This document shows, piece by piece, positions 39,265-53,523 of a DNA stretch of 64,000 bases. The stretch covers positions 30,010,001-30,074,000 of the forward strand of contig NC_087437.1 in the NCBI RefSeq assembly GCF_036321535.1, given 5' to 3'. The number at the start of each line of letters is the position of its first letter. Positions within the stretch are counted from its first letter, which is position 1. The stretch is from Camelus dromedarius (lineage: Eukaryota). The notes beneath the pieces were generated by a model. It was given only the letters and a program-made list of their open reading frames with translations. It made no database searches and was not told where the DNA came from. Both the position numbers and the translations under genes were made by a program.

Positions 39265-42200
39265 CCTTAATGGGAAAGCATCAGAAACTTTTCAGTAAGA
39301 TAAGAACAAAGCAAGATTGCCCTGTCTCTTCCACTATTCAACACTGTCCTGGAGGTATTGGCCAATGCAAGCAGAAAGAAGAAATTAAACAGAGGCATAA
39401 GAATTGATAAAGAGGCAAAACTACCTCTATTTGTTGCTGATCTGATAGTATATCTAGGAAGCCCTAGATAATTAATGATAATCAATGGTTTTATTTAAAT
39501 AATAAAATAATTCAGTAGTGTAGCAGATATAGTATTAATAGGCAGAAATCAGTATCTTTAATATATACAAACAATAACCAGTTAGAGGACATGATGGTAG
39601 AGAAAAACCTCATTTACAATGAAAACAATGAAGATCAAATACTCAGGAATAAACCTAATAAAAATGTGTAAAGCTTATAGGGAAATTTTTAAAAAAATCT
39701 TTCAGGAGAAAGGTACAAGAATAGGCTAGAACAAATGGGAAGACACCCCCTGTTTGTGGATAGGACAAATTAACATTACAAAGATGTCAGTTCTTGCTGA
39801 ACTAACATACTAACATAAACTTAACACAATCTTGATAAAGATTTTTTTTTACAGAGTTAGACAAGTTGAAAACAAATTGGAGATGGAAAAGCAAACATGC
39901 AAGAATAGCAAGAAAAATCCTGAAAAAGAAAAAAAAAATACGGGGAGTGGGGAGACTGGGACTATCAGATATTAAAATTCATGATAATATACTAGCCTCT
40001 CTAATTAATGTAGTGAGATACCAGTGCATGAATAGACAAATAGTGGAAAAGAACAGAAAATCCAGACATAGACCCAGGTAAATATGGAAATTTAGCATAA
40101 GATAAAAATTATATCTCAAAACACTGAGGGTAATAATTGACTTAGAAAGAATTCTTTTAAAAAATAATACATAAACTTTTGGAAAAAGATAAAATTATAT
40201 TCATATCTTACACCAAATACAAAAATAAATTCCAAATGGATCTGGGAATCTAAATGTAAAAATTGAAACCATACAAGTACTAGAAGAAGACTTGGGCGAA
40301 CTCCATTTAAAGCTGACTTTCCAACTGTGACTCAAAATCCAGAGGCAAGTAAATAAAAGATTGATAGATTTTACTATAAACAATTTTTAAAACTGTGCTT
40401 GCCAAAAAATATTACACATAAAGTTAAAAGACAAATGACAAACTGGGAAAAATATTTGCAATATATACCACAGAGATCTATTTTTCCTAATAGATAAAGA
40501 ACTTTTAAAAATTGAAGAATAAAGGGACAAAAACACTATAGAAAAATGGGAAAAAGATAAAAATAGACAATTTACAAAAAATAAAGAGGTAAGGCCCTTA
40601 AACAAATGAAAATTATTCATACTCACTTATAATTACATAAATATAATTTAAAACAATCCTCAGATAGCAATTCTCTTTTATCAGACTGGTGAAAATTAAA
40701 AAGCATGATAATATATTTTATTACTGAGGTGGGAGGGAAAAGAATCTTCTATTATACATTGCTGGAGGCAGTGCAAACTGTTATGATTATTTTTCACAAA
40801 ATTACATTTTTGACCCAGAAATTCTAATTCTAGGAATTTATCCTAAAAATGTACTTCCAACAACATGAAAATATATATGCATAAGGTTATTCACTGCAAT
40901 AATGTTTTTAATTGCAAAATATTAGAAATAATTTAAAGGTCCATATAAGAGTGGTTGAATTAACAATAGTATTCACACTATGGGTTATTGTGCAGCTATA
41001 AAAAGAATGAGAAAGATCTCTATGAGCTGATATAGAGTGACTTCTAGGATATATTATTTAGTGAAAAAAGCAAAATGTCAAAGAGTATATGTAAGGAAGA
41101 AGAAGATATAAGAAGATATGCATGTATCTACTCATTGTGCAAAAAGAAATACAGTAAGATTAAACCAGACACTACAAGGTTGGCTACTTACAGGGGATAG
41201 GTGAGAACAGGGTAGTAAGAATGGGAAAATGGGAACAGGAAAAAAGGAATGAGGGAGGAAAATATACTTTTCTGTAGTTCTGACTCTTGGAAGCATGATC
41301 ATATTTCACATATTTAAACATAAATAATCAAAATGAAAAAGCATGTGAGAGGAACTCAAAATGTAATACAAAATGAAGGGAATAGAAATGAAAATAACTA
41401 ACCTAACTAAATGTGGAAGGTTGTATTGTGACTATAAATGATAAAGTTAAAGATAAAAAGAACTATACATAACTACTATATTTTAGTTAGTATTCTTTCC
41501 CACAGTGATGTGGGTTAGCAATGCTAGAACTACTTTATATGTATACTAGGATTGAGCAGATAAGTACATATATTTGTAGAGAATGAGAACCAGTTTTCTC
41601 ACTGTCAGAAGAAGTAACAAGTAAAAAAAAGGGAAGGGCATGAATGAATCCTGAAGTATTTGATTAGACTTGCAGGTTTCAGTATAAACTCATGGTTTTA
41701 AATGATTCATACAGAGAAAGTGACAGATGTATACATGAGCATACATATATGTATTTCCTAGATCTGTCCAATGATGGGGTCTAGAAACAAGACACCTCAG
41801 TAGCAATCATGTACCTAGTACCTGAATATTGGTTTCTAAATCCTATTCTCCAATAAAAGAAACCACAGCTGCTTAGGAAGATGATTGATTCTAGGGATGG
41901 ATCAGGGAAAATACAAGATGAGGGTGGAATATCTTGTACTGCTAAAAAGTAAGGAAATGCTAAAAAAGATGAGGCTGGAATGTTGAATGGATAAAGGCAT
42001 CAATCTGAAGAGGCTCCCAATGGCCAGATTTAAGGTAACTGAAGTAATAAAATAAAAATAGTATGGCTTACAACCTATAGATTCAAATAAATATTTATGA
42101 TCTCACACTGATATAAATAAACAGGTAAACAGAAGAAAGAACTTTTTCTTATAGGAGAATTCCAATAATAAACACAGAAGGAATTATAGAAATGGAAAAT

Positions 42201-42895
42201 CACCTTCACAAAATAATTGCTGCAGGCAAGATTCATCAATTAATGATAAAATTAGTGGGCAAAAAAGTATGATAGGAAACAGAATATTTGCATAGCCTCA
42301 AAATATCTCCCTACAAGATACTTATAAATTACAAAGGAAAAAATAGTTAACTGTTGATAGAGAAATCTGGCAGACATCATCTTTACCAAGTGATCAAAGT
42401 TTACATTACCATCGTAAGACAGATCAACATCACGTACCACTTGCTATGATGTGCTGGGAAGGGCAAACATCACTTCTGTGTTATTCTTGTCAAAAATGCC
42501 TAATTTCAATTTAATCAACAGAAAACATATGACAATTACAAACTGAAGGATATACTAGAAACAAGCAAAACAAACTGGCTGACTGTCTTCAAAAGTGCCA
42601 GTCATGTAAGACACAGAAAGACTGTGGAACTGCTATAGATTGGAAGAGTCTGAGGAGACATGTCAACAAAAACAGTATGGGATCGGGGATTAGATTCTGG
42701 ACCAGAAAGAGGACATCAGCAGGACAACTGGCAAAACTGAAATAAGGTTTACAAGTTAATTATTAGTTTCCTATTATCATCATGTAACATGTTAACATTA
42801 GTGAAGGCTGGATGGAGGATATATTAGAACTCCACATACTATTTTTAAAACTCTTCTGTAACTCTAAAATTAGTTCACAGTAAAAATTGTAAAAG
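39265..42895 (+). mobile_element. Old L1MC3/L1MC4-like element (ORF2 RT to long 3' UTR)
   Basis: Degenerate [29 protein letters not shown] motifs, then an L1MC-type 3' UTR (gagaaatctggcagacatcatctttaccaagtgatcaaag...). Confidence 0.85.
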
Positions 42896-44602
42896 TGTAG
42901 TAAGTTTCCAGCTAGCTGATTTCAAGTAAGGGATAACACTCAGTAGGAGTTGTAGAAGAGATTAAAGCCATAACTAGGCGGTTCCAATACATAGCCCTTA
43001 AAGCCGCCTTAAACCATGAAGCTTTTTGGAGAAAATTGACAGAATCCTTATCTTAAAGAGTGAATTATAGGATTCTACACAAGCTTTGATCCAATGCTAA
43101 TCCCCTTGAATCCGTGGCGAGTGAACAGTTCAAAAGCTCAGTTTTACTTCATTTCAGCAAATAACATGTGCTGTGAGGATTACAAAATGTGTTACAAAAT
43201 ATTCAAATTAGTTCACAATAAAATTCCCTTAGTCTGAACTTTCAAGAATTTAAATACTTGAGAACAACTTTACATCCGTAAATGAGTTTTAAGCCACACT
43301 CTACATAGCCATCCTAAACTATACCAGATAATTACACAAATGGATCAAACAATTTAAATCAGGTGAAAATTATACTCTTAAGTGGAGAAAAGCAGATTTC
43401 AAAACAGTGCTTGCAATATGATCTCATTTTTGTCAAAAGTGAAAATACATGCTTAGGAAAGAGCCTAAAGTTTTATATGATAAAATGTAAACAGTGGTTA
43501 ACAATGTGTGGTTGCAAGTGGGTGTTTTTTCTTCACTTATCAGCAATTTCTAAATTTTCTACAATAATTATATTGCCTTACAATCATAAAACAATAAAGA
43601 TTATAAATGTTTTTTAAAAGACAGAAATGTAACAATTTCTTAGGTCTCTGAATAGTGAGTAATGAACTATCCACTCCAAACAAATGGATGTAGCTAAATA
43701 TAAAATATCTAGACAGTCATTTTGTGTTAGGATGAGGCTGCCTCTTTGCCTTAAGGCTGCAAATAGGAGATGAAAAGTGAGTTTTTCTCCTATGTCACTT
43801 CAGTTAACAATGTCAAAAATTACTCAGAGAGCAGGTTTAAGCATTTGCAATTATCAAGCTGACAATGTCATAGGAAACACTAACATCTCATGCCAGACTT
43901 AAATTTTTAACAGTTTATTTTTTTAAATGAAAAGAGAAGGTGCACTCTTTCAGGGAGAGGAAAGAGGTATGTGTATTCTTTATGGGGCATATATATTAAA
44001 TGGAAATAATTAATTTTGCCCTGCTCTTTAAACTAGTCTCCATCTCCTAGTGGTTAGATGCTAAAGCAGTACTTCTTACATTTTAAAAAGTAATACTTAA
44101 AAAGAAGTACTTAATTTAAGTGGGGTTGGTTCAGATGCACATTACTGATTCTGTAGGTCTCAGATGGAACTCGATGCTGCACCAGAGTCATCTAGGGGTT
44201 TGTTAGAAATGCAGAATCTTGGGTCCCACCTCAGATCCACTCAGTCACAATCTACATTTTGATAATATCCCCATTTGACTTATTTGTACACATTAAAGTT
44301 TGAGAAGCTCAAACTAAAGAACTCAAAATAGTCTAGATTGACATTTGATTTCTATAGTTTTCTATGAAAATGATTTAAAGAAATAATTTTTAACAAGATT
44401 ATAGAAACCAATGTTGCTGCTGAATTCTGTGAGCAAACAACATAATTTTGATTTGTAAAGCTATTTTTAAGTAGCTAAAACATTTTCCTTAAAATAAAAA
44501 TAAAATTTCTTTGATTCTCAGGTGACTTAAAGCTAGTTCTTACTGGTTTACCTATTCTTATACTGAGTGGTTTGTGCAGCTAATTCAAAAGCTATCACTT
44601 TC

Positions 44603-45019
44603 AAGTAAGCCAGAAAGAGAAAGAAAAATACCATATGATATCACTCATATGCGGAATCGAAAAAAGAAAATAAAAAGGACACAAATGAACTTATTTACAG
44701 AACAGAGACAGATTCTCAGAAAATAAATGTATGATTACGGGGTTGGTGGTGAAAGGGGTGGGGAGGAATAGATTGGGAGTTCAGGATTTGCAGATGCTGA
44801 TTACTGTATGTAAAATAGGTAAACAACAAGGTCCTACTGGATAGTACAGAGAACTGTATTCAAGACCTTGTCATTGTCTATAATGAAAAAGAATATGAAA
44901 AGGAATATATATATATGTATAACTGAATCACTATGCTGTACACCAGAAATTAACACAGCATTGTAAATCAACTATTCTTCAATATAAAATATACAAAAAC
45001 AACAAAAAAGAAAATAATG
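44603..45019 (+). mobile_element. Cetartiodactyl/camelid L1 3' end
   Basis: aagtaagccagaaagagaaagaaaaatacc to A-rich tail. 17-bp TSD caaaa(g/t)ctatcactttc at 44586-44602 and 45020-45036. Confidence 0.9.
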
Positions 45020-47925
45020 CAAAATCTATCACTTTCTTCTACTTTGACTCTCATTTGAGAAGGATAGTTTCAGAATCTGTTTTTCTATATTCTACTGGCA
45101 TATTGGAGGACTTTTCATCTTTCAAATAATATGATGATAGGATTATAAATGGGACTAAGTGGCATAATGACAACATAACTTTGTTTCAGATTTACAGTAA
45201 TAAATAAGTGACTATCGAGAGCTCTAAGACAACACATTAAAAGAAAAGGAAATGGAATCAGTGGGTAATTTAATGAGCTTAATACTAAAAGAGAAAATTA
45301 GAGTAATTACCTACAAGCCACTAAATCATTTTATAAGTACAATTTCCTAAAGAAGACAAAACTTCGGGGTTCTGGAAAATCACTGCTTCATGTGAGGAAC
45401 ACTCATACCATGGCAACATTAAAACTCTGTAATTGAAGAACTCTTACATTTCTAACTTTTTTTTGGGGGGGGGAACATTCTACCTTCTAGGGGTCCAAGA
45501 AGAAGTGATTGTGTGGCTAAGTGTAACACTGAATTTCAGTCTTACAAACACTCAACCTCTGATAAATTTCATTGGATCATACTTAAACCTACTGAAGCCA
45601 TTCTACTACCATTTTCTTTATAATTTAACCTTGACCTGACACTCTGATTCCTATCAGGATTTCCAAAAAGATATACTGAGAATTTGTTTACTCACATAAA
45701 CTCTAAAAAACAATTAAGCAATGTGTATTGTAGTAACACAGTAGAACTCATTAAATATATTTTAACTCAAATCTGCTTTTTTAAAAGCTCAAGAACAGAG
45801 AACACACACTATTTAAAGTAGTACCATTACATATGAGTTGATAAATTGAGCCTAAGTATTTGAAAGTACAACCATAGAAATTAAAGAGACAGTGCTTTCA
45901 TAGAGCCACTGCAGTGTATACCACAGTTGAATGTATCACTATAAGATACCTAAGTTAACCTTGCTTTCAGAGCAAGGAAGGAACTTGGAAGAAAAGGATA
46001 AAATGAACATGCTTTCAAAGTTACCATCTACTCCCATCAAATATCTGCTGATGAAGAGCAGGGCAAGAGTTAAAAAACCAGCCTTTGGTCATAGGAAAAA
46101 TGCTCATAAGCTTTTCGAGCCTAAATGTATTTTGGTTATAATGTTAATCTTAAAGTCCATAGGCGATTTTGCTAAGAGAACGTCATACCAATAATAGCCC
46201 ATGGGTTAACGATTTCTTACTGTTGTTTTTATGTTTAAATTTATGATGGTATTTCATTTAATTTCAATTAGTTTCTGAAAATATAAATTTTACCTTTCCT
46301 GAATATTATATTATCTATTTTACCACTAATCATTTTTTTCACAACCATCATTTTAGATTAGTTTCCTGAATTCCTTGTTCTTTGCAGGAACAGTATTAAT
46401 ATTAATGGAGTTAATTGATCATACTCTCTAAACTATAACAAAAATTTTTGAGTAAGAGCTATAAAGTTGTGATCATTCAAATGGTAATTCCCAATGTTTT
46501 GACAAAATGCACTAGAAAATTAAGTCATTTAAAGTAATGTTGAGTGGGAAAAAAGCAAGTCCCAGAGATGATACCATCTCCAGAAGCTCAAAATAAGCAA
46601 AACTAAACAATATATTGTGTTAGAAAAACATTCTTTTGTGACAAAATAGTAAAACAAAAAACCATGAGCAAGACTCAAGATAGACTGCTTAATTTTTAAG
46701 TGCAAGAAAACCAGGAGGTTTAGATTATTCAGGAACAAATTGATAATGATATTGTAGGGATTCCCATCTAAGCTGGGGCACCACATTGTTCGAATTTTTT
46801 AAAATCACTATTTTTAAAAAATCACTATTTAGTGATTTTTCTGAAATGCTTCATCACTAAACACTATGAATAATTATTTTAGTAATATATTTTATTACCC
46901 AACTTTTAAAACCAGTAATATCAAAATAAAACTAACAGTTTTAATTAACTGAGGAGAACAAAGCAAATCTCAGATTATTCTGCTCATATTCATAGTGTTA
47001 TATGGTCATATTTTTGATCACTGAATGCATTGTTACTAGCAGATATTTGTTGAATTAGATTTTTGATTCTAGAAGCTAGGTGCAAGTGGACTTTGATTTC
47101 CATTAAATTATGTAGGAAAAGGCTTTTCTTGCTAGTAAATCAATAGTGTGAAAAGCAAGAGCAACTAATTATTAGATATGAGTCTGGAGGAAAGAAGAAT
47201 CTTATATCAATATCACACTACAGTTTCAATAAAATAAGAAGTACCTGTCATCATTCTAGGCAGGCTGGAATCTAGGAAAGAAAGGGGTGAGATTAAAGTG
47301 CAAGTGCTTTCACTTACATAAAACATTATAAAACCATTCTTCCACCCTTAAAAGGACAGAACATTTAGCAGGGATTTTGCAAAGCTTCACTTGAGTGTAT
47401 TCTAGAACACATCTTTTTTTCCTTGCTGGGTAACAGAGAGACTAGTTCCAGCAAGACAAATAGGCAAGCTCTCCATTATAGTTGCAACAGGACTACCTCT
47501 TCACCACTAGTTGTATAAATATTTGCCCTCAAACATCTTTTGAGGACTGTGGAATATTTTTCAGGCAAAGAAAAAAATAAAACCTACAAGTTAATTAACT
47601 TGAAATAAGTTCTGAGAGTCTAGTCTGAATTTACACAGATTACTTGAGGTTAAAATAGAATGCTGTACCCTTCTGAAAGAGCCTATGTAACTCTGCCAAT
47701 CCCAAAATATATAGATTTTTGAATGAATGAAAGTATAACTAATTTAAAAAATTCAGAAGTCCTTCAAGGACACTGAAATAAAATTTAATATTATGGAAAG
47801 TAATTGAGATAAGTGGAAACAACCTTGGACTTGACTGAATGAAATAAGCAACTGATAATTTTTTTTTCATGCTGTCATATTTGGTCTCACTTTTAATTTT
47901 ACAGGCAGAACAACCTTTACTGTAC

Positions 47926-48383
47926 CTGACGAGGGGTTCTTTCTGATTTACTCCTACACCATTCCCAGTCTGAAAGGTCTGGTTTCTGACTCTCTTCGTG
48001 AGACAGTCTTCTTTCTGGCCCTTCTAAAAAGGTGGTTTCTTCATATTTAATATCACCTTCTGTTTTTTCAGAAAGCAGTGGATCAACACTCTTTTCATTG
48101 TGGAAATCCTGTTTAGCCTCTGTAATATCAGTGTTTGTGCATTTGTTGATGCCTTTTAGTGTGGAGCTGTCCAGAGAGGTTGTGGTGCTGACTTCCACTT
48201 TAATGGCATTGAAGATATTATGAGTGTCTTTCTGAGAGTCTTCTGAAGTTTTGCACTCATAGTTCATGAGGTTGTGATAGGATATAGAATTTTCATCATC
48301 CTCATAGTAATCTTCACGTCCTATTTTATAAATTCCATAACTTTGTTGGAATGATAGATTGAATTCAAAGCATCTTCTTTTGG
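47926..48383 (-). CDS. GPR149: GPR149 coding exon 3 (cytoplasmic C-tail; 458 nt)
   Basis: Acceptor cttttgttttcttatAG|CC completes the split codon (CCC, Pro). Encodes [20 protein letters not shown]...[18 protein letters not shown]. Phase-0 donor CAG|GTACAG. Confidence 0.96.
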
Positions 48384-51316
48384 CTATAAGAAAACAAAAG
48401 CAAAATTCCAAGGTTAGAAAGGTAAATATAAACAGCAGTTGGATATACAAAGTTGATAAAAATAGGAAGGTACATTCAACTTGATTAGTATAAATTTTAA
48501 AACTATCTTTATTTACTTCTTGTCAATTATACAAAGCAATTATGCCTCATGAATTCAAGCCATCTCATCACTCTGGGCCTAACTTACACAATGAAAGGTT
48601 TGAAATACATACAACCCCAAGACTTTGATGTCTTTAAAGAAATTTTTGTAAGAAAAATTTAACCCTAAATTAGAAAAGTCTCATGTATATTCGGTTTTAG
48701 TTTAAGCTCCTTCAGTTTACCAATTATCTGTACATTTCTTTATTTGGGGATAAAATACATTGTTTATAAATTTTATTTTGCCAGAAATTAATTATTAAGA
48801 AGCTCTTAATATTATATGAGCTATTCAGCTGACAATGCCAACAAGATATAACTGCTTTAAATATTTTGATGTTTATCATTCCTGACATTTATATGCTTAT
48901 AAATGCAAACATTAAAAATTAGACATTGCTGCAATACAGTTTTAAAACTTCAAAAATAACATGTATATTGCTGAATCAATTTGTAATGAATTGTAAAAAA
49001 GAGTGTATAGATTCATGTTTCTGTGAACTGAAGCACTTTACAACATGTCTATAAACCTGATTAATTACAAAATGAGTGTAGCAGGAATGCATAAAACTTT
49101 CTATGGTTTAAATCAGGTGAACTATGATGGTATCCAACACATTGCACTATTATTTGGTGTATATGGTATAAAGTCTTAGTAGGATAACAAGTGAGAATGT
49201 GAAAGAAGTGATACAACTGTGTATAAATGTCATTAAATACTAGATAATTTTTGTGTATTAAAAATGAAGCTATTAGACAAAATGCAATACATGTTTTGGT
49301 TTTCATCTTTCAAACATGGCTCATTTCAAAAACTTTTTTTACTTGGGTAGCTCTGTGTTTCATAGCACACATTTAGCTATCCTTGGTGGAAAAATGTATT
49401 ATAAACTAAAATTTCTATGAGAACAACAGGTAAAATTTGATTCATTTTATAATATAATCCTAGTGTTATTCACATGCTGATTCTACTACCAAAATTTTCT
49501 CAGAACTGAAAATTTACAAACCAATTCTGACTGAAAGATAGAATTAATAGATGTCATTCATTATTTGAGTCAAAATATTCATTGTTTGAGCCAGGATACA
49601 AACAAAAATGTATATGCAAAGAAAATGGAAAAGTAGAAACAGATATTAATGTTTTATACACTGTCTCTTTTATAGTACCACACTTTTTCTAATAAGGTAG
49701 TCCAGTTAAGTTAAATTAGGATTTTTAATTTACTGTAATAGTGTGAAAGCTGAAGGAGTGTTTTCATTATTGATGGGTTCCCCTTTTCTGCTAAAAAAGA
49801 AAGATATAAAGTGACAAGTGGTCAATTCAAGGATAGGAAGTAAACAAAAACTGTCATAAAAATCCTAATTTTATCATATTATATGATGTCATACAATATG
49901 ATAAAATTGGTATCTGTGGCTATATATTTTATTAGCTGCATATTATAACTATGAAATACATAAAGCAAAAATGAATCAAATTTTTGAAGGATTGAGCAGA
50001 ATGTGTCAGTGAGAACCTGTCTCCATGTTACCAGGTGCAAGAGGCAGTCAGAGGTAGGCTATGAGAAGGGAGTGGAATTGCTATAGATACAGTAGGAGAC
50101 TGGAGCATTCCTTGGTCAGGTACGCACATAGGTTATGTCATTTAACACAACAACCCTGCATAATAAAAGGCATATGGATTCTATTTTGTACTTGAGAAAA
50201 CTGAGTCTGATAGAAGAAACCTACCTAAGATTACTTACCTGGTAAACAGATTTGAATTTAAAGCTAACTGACTCAAGAATTGAAGCTACTAACGTCTATG
50301 TGAAATTGCTTTATTGCTAATCAGACTCATGAGAGAAATGTGCTTATGGAAGTAGAATGTCCTGGATGTGCTAAAAATTAGAGGAAGTGCATTAATTGTG
50401 AAACCAATAGAAACATTTCTTGTTAATGACTTTCCCTTAACACTGGAGGTAAATTCTGACTAACTAATGAAGATAACAGGTTATAACAACATAACAGAGC
50501 TGAAAATATTTGACTAATAACTTACAAGAAACTTAGAGACCATTAGGATAGAGTCAGGAACCTTTGAAGTCTATTCTACACTTATGAAAAATAAATAAAA
50601 TTTTATATCTGTTCTGAAAAGCAAAACTCTGGAAGAAACATGAATTAGCTCTAGTCTTTTGCCTTTAATCACATCTTGCTAATGACAATTTTAGACATAA
50701 GTAATTATATCAGCTTATAAATATACATAATTCTTCAGAGTACCATGACATCTGATTCTCTGATTTTGTCAAAAAATTAAATCTGAAAATCTCATTTTTA
50801 TAGAACATATTTTAACTGTTTATTTAATTGAAAAAGAAAGCATCATGTCATGCAAACAAAATGGGCTTGAAAGCCACATCCAATCCATGTTTGCTACTTG
50901 AGGCCTCTGTGTAAAACCATCTTTTTTAAAACCATTTTTGTTTTGAGACACTAGTAATACAGATTATTGTTGGAAACAGGAGAATATCATTATTTCTGCA
51001 AATTATTTTTCATTAGTGACATTCATTTTCTGGTTGCATGTCTTGGTTTCCATACAATGAAGATGAGATACAGAATTATGTCTTCATCAACAAAAAGAAC
51101 CTGTCGTAAATATGAGTTATGAAAAAATGATTTTCCCTTCCTTGCTTCTGGAGTTCCCTGAAGAAGAATGTAAAAGGGGGAAATATTAGTTTGTTAAAGA
51201 GAAAAAGCTTAAATATGAAACTGGAGCCATACTTCCAAAGAATCAAAGTACCATAATGGATCAGTACCTGCCCACCTGAAGATGAACCATCTTTGGGGTT
51301 TCAAAATTCTGTTTTT

Positions 51317-51441
51317 TAGGTTTTTATTACTTTTACGGGGGTAATTAGATTTGTTTATTTTTTAATGGGGGTACTGGGGATTGAACCCAGGATCTCATGC
51401 ATGCTAGGCAGGCACTCTACCACTAAGCTATACCCTCCCCC
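51317..51441 (-). mobile_element. tRNA-derived camelid SINE (Vic-1-like) in GPR149 intron 2
   Basis: Reverse strand reads ggggagggtatagcttagtggtagag...gggttcaatcccc. Perfect 16-bp TSD tcaaaattctgttttt at 51301-51316 and 51442-51457. Confidence 0.92.
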
Positions 51442-51895
51442 TCAAAATTCTGTTTTTGTGTCATCCTAGCAATAGGAAAATATATGGTGGGTCCTCACAC
51501 GGTGAAAACACATCATTCTTATCCTTAGAATTTCCCTGTGGCACAGCCTGGTATCAAAAGAGAATGGAGCCATTTTAAACTAATGTTCCTCACAATATTT
51601 TATTTTTGAAGCCATGCCTTTCTGAGCTTACAGTTCAGCACCTTCCCTGGAATTGTAAAGTAAATACAAATAATGGCAATGGTAATTTTAGAGGAAAAAT
51701 ATTATGATCTTGAAACGCATGGTTCTAATTTCAAACATGAGATATTACTGCGATTGTTGATTCTGCTGGCCTGCTGTAGGTTCTTCCACCTTGTGCAGCA
51801 CAAGATAGAATGCTTCCTATGACAGTGATAGAGCCGTTGCATTGCTTTGTTTTCAGCTCTCACACAGGTGCCCTTTAGTTCTTAAAAATGACTGC

Positions 51896-52051
51896 ACAGG
51901 GAACTATATTCAATACCTTGTAGTAACCTATAATGTAAAAGAACATGAAAACAAATATATGTGTGTATATATATGACTGAAACATTATGCTGTACACCAG
52001 AAATTGACATAAGATTGTGAACTGACTACACTACAATAAAAAAAAAAAAAA
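51896..52051 (+). mobile_element. Short L1 3' UTR insertion in intron 2
   Basis: acagggaactatattcaatacc to poly-A. Short TSD gactgc at 51890-51895 and 52052-52057. Confidence 0.85.
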
Positions 52052-53523
52052 GACTGCCCTAAACTCTCCTTGTATCTCTTACAATCTTAAATATTATAAG
52101 ATGGTGCTGGTTCATTAATTTAGTGACAATTATTAACATTTGATAGAATGGTAGAACTTTCAGGCTTGTAGGTGATTTTTATATATTCTATTTCTTTAAT
52201 GTGTCTCAAAAAGATTTATTATTAATTTTCTGTGTCACTGTTGCTCTGGTTATTAGTCTCTAGAAGCACATACTTATTGTAAGCTCCATGGTTGTTTTGT
52301 TTTAAAGGCATAGATAAACTTGGCATCTATTAACAGTAAAACTTTATGGCATCCTTAACACTAAAAAGAATCTGGTCACTTGAAAAATATCTGGACATTA
52401 AGTGTCATCAATACATGGAAAAGAACCAGTTCATGACTAATTAATATTTATTATAATCACCTTGTTGAAGAATTGATTACAGAATATACTTTAATATTTG
52501 CCAGTTTTTACAGCCCTCAAATATTCTGAGATGAACTGTTTTTATTTACTCCTTCTTTTCTGTTAAAGAATAATATCCTTGCATATTCTGAGAAAAAGAC
52601 AATTAATTGAGCAGTCAATTCAGCATACAATAATGCAATCTTGGATTTATTAAAGGGTAGAACATTCTATCTTTTGTCTGGAATGACAGAAAAAATATAT
52701 CCTTTTCCTTCCTGGCAGAGTCAAAATATACAGGGTATTCCTCAACTTTTCCTGTCTCCACACAGAAACAATTACACTCCAATGAGTTTTATATTTGACC
52801 CCACTTCTGTTCTAGGTATACGCTTTAGAACATAGGTGTTTTGCTTTTTTTCCCCCATGGCATGGCTAGATTCAGAGATGAACATACACTAACAAACTCT
52901 GCCACTTTCGTCTTTTCTTGAAACTAAAGGTGTTTTGGAGGTTGTTGGTTTGTGTGTATATGTAGATATTTTCTAAAAGCAAAGGCATACACTTGAAATT
53001 GTTTTGGAACTTTTTTTTGGCCACTCCTATTGCTTACTTTAAACTTTCCAAAACCCTGGAAGAATACAAGCAGCAAAATAATGAAAATGCTTTTCTTTAC
53101 TGTTTCACTAAATAACAATAGGCTATAATATAATGAGTTCTTAACTTTTCAAAGATGCTGGCTTCTCATATGTGGACTTGGAGGGGGGTTACTTTCTGTT
53201 CTGGTTTAAGGGCTGTGGAGGACATAACATCTAAGGGCCTCTGCTGACTTTATGCTGTGTTGAATGAATTCTCTCCTTTTCTTACCTAACATAACTATGC
53301 GATGCACAGGCACTTCATAGAGTTGTTTTCAACCTGCCTCGTTTAAAAATTACCCCAATATTGTGCTAATAATTGTTTCACATTATAATTTATTCCCTTT
53401 ATTTACCATTTCATTTGTCCTTGGACTCTTGATTCACTACCCAGGCAACTTTCTCAATAGACCACCTTTCTGTATTGGACTGTATGTGTACTGGTCCCAG
53501 CCACCTCACTGCCTAGGACTCAC

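Larger units (their letters stand above)
1..47925 (-). other. GPR149: GPR149 intron 3 (partial; final coding exon lies beyond the window start)
   Basis: Exon 3 ends at a donor with no stop codon. No ORF resembling the recalled GPR149 C-terminus (RSGYALAIPLCAFQG...) is in the window. Confidence 0.85.

Noticed and set aside
48384..48450. N-terminal part of the 177-aa ORF
   Set aside because: Intronic polypyrimidine tract upstream of the exon-3 acceptor.
51634..51650. REST/RE1 site
   Set aside because: Only the left half (TTCAGCACC) is present. The GGACAG half is absent.
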